Shown piece by piece: positions 60,755 through 64,000 of a DNA stretch of 64,000 nucleotides; positions within the stretch are counted from its first letter, which is position 1, and each line of letters starts with the position of its first letter. The stretch comes from an uncultured Chthonomonadaceae bacterium (lineage in GTDB: Bacteria > Armatimonadota > Chthonomonadetes > Chthonomonadales > Chthonomonadaceae), in the NCBI GenBank assembly GCA_963835065.1, contig CAWIEK010000048.1:1-64000 (forward strand), written 5' to 3'. The position numbers and the translations under genes are program-made. The notes under the pieces were generated by a model, which ran no database searches, was not told where the DNA came from, and saw only the letters and a program-made list of their open reading frames with translations.

Positions 60755-60923
60755 CACACAGAGACACTGAGACCAGAGCTTTCACAAGGAGAGAATAGAG
60801 AAGATCAAGAAGTTTTACAGGATACGTTCTGACTCCAACGCAGTGCGTTAAGCCGGAAGTTCCGCTCTGAACCCTCTCTTCTTTTCTCTGTGAATCCTCT
60901 GTGTCTCTGTGCCTCTGTAGTGC
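60755..60923. repeat. CACAGAGA-type palindromic element in the rpoB-rpoC spacer
   Basis: CACACAGAGACACTGAG...CTCTGTGTCTCTGTGCCTCTGTAGTG, same family as 17407-17667. Confidence 0.8.
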
Positions 60924-60932
60924 GATGAATTC

Positions 60933-64000
<3,068 letters not shown>

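Overview
Bacterial genomic window of roughly 55-60% GC by eye. Gene content (PEP-CTERM, DUF1549/DUF1553 + DUF1501 module, rpoBC style) suggests Armatimonadota or a similar lineage, which is inference only. From left to right it contains: (1) a lower-GC signalling locus (1-11.1 kb) with an AAA_35/STAND-like ATPase, a Cys-rich secreted protein, an unusual ECF sigma factor with repeated region-4-like units, a Zn-finger anti-sigma factor, two exported glycan-active proteins and an exported TPR-CHAT protease; (2) a planctomycete-type DUF1549/DUF1553-DUF1501-cytochrome c/WD40-PPC cluster, interrupted by two Rpn-family genes and containing a translationally coupled large glycoside-hydrolase-like gene; (3) a minus-strand redox/metal cluster (porin, di-heme DUF1111, DUF4397, CCxxC protein, DoxX-like protein, NDH-2 fused to a cNMP-binding domain); (4) gltD and gltB; (5) a decayed toxin-antitoxin/IS island (43.6-49 kb); (6) housekeeping genes ending in rpoC and rpoB. 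The most striking unexplained signal is a ~270-bp unit present twice, at 2.28-2.56 kb and 43.64-43.93 kb. It comprises an ECF-type promoter, (CTATCAA)n repeats, a strong RBS, a tiny ORF ending SRSP-stop, a 116-nt near-identical structured core and a U-tract. One copy lies just downstream of the ECF/anti-sigma pair, whose anti-sigma gene carries the same promoter motif. The other is cargo of a 462-bp ISAs1-like MITE with a perfect 10-bp target-site duplication upstream of gltB. The window is also full of short-tandem-repeat palindromes, several inserted into coding genes (gltB, rpoB). Many frameshifts in essential genes look like sequencing indels.
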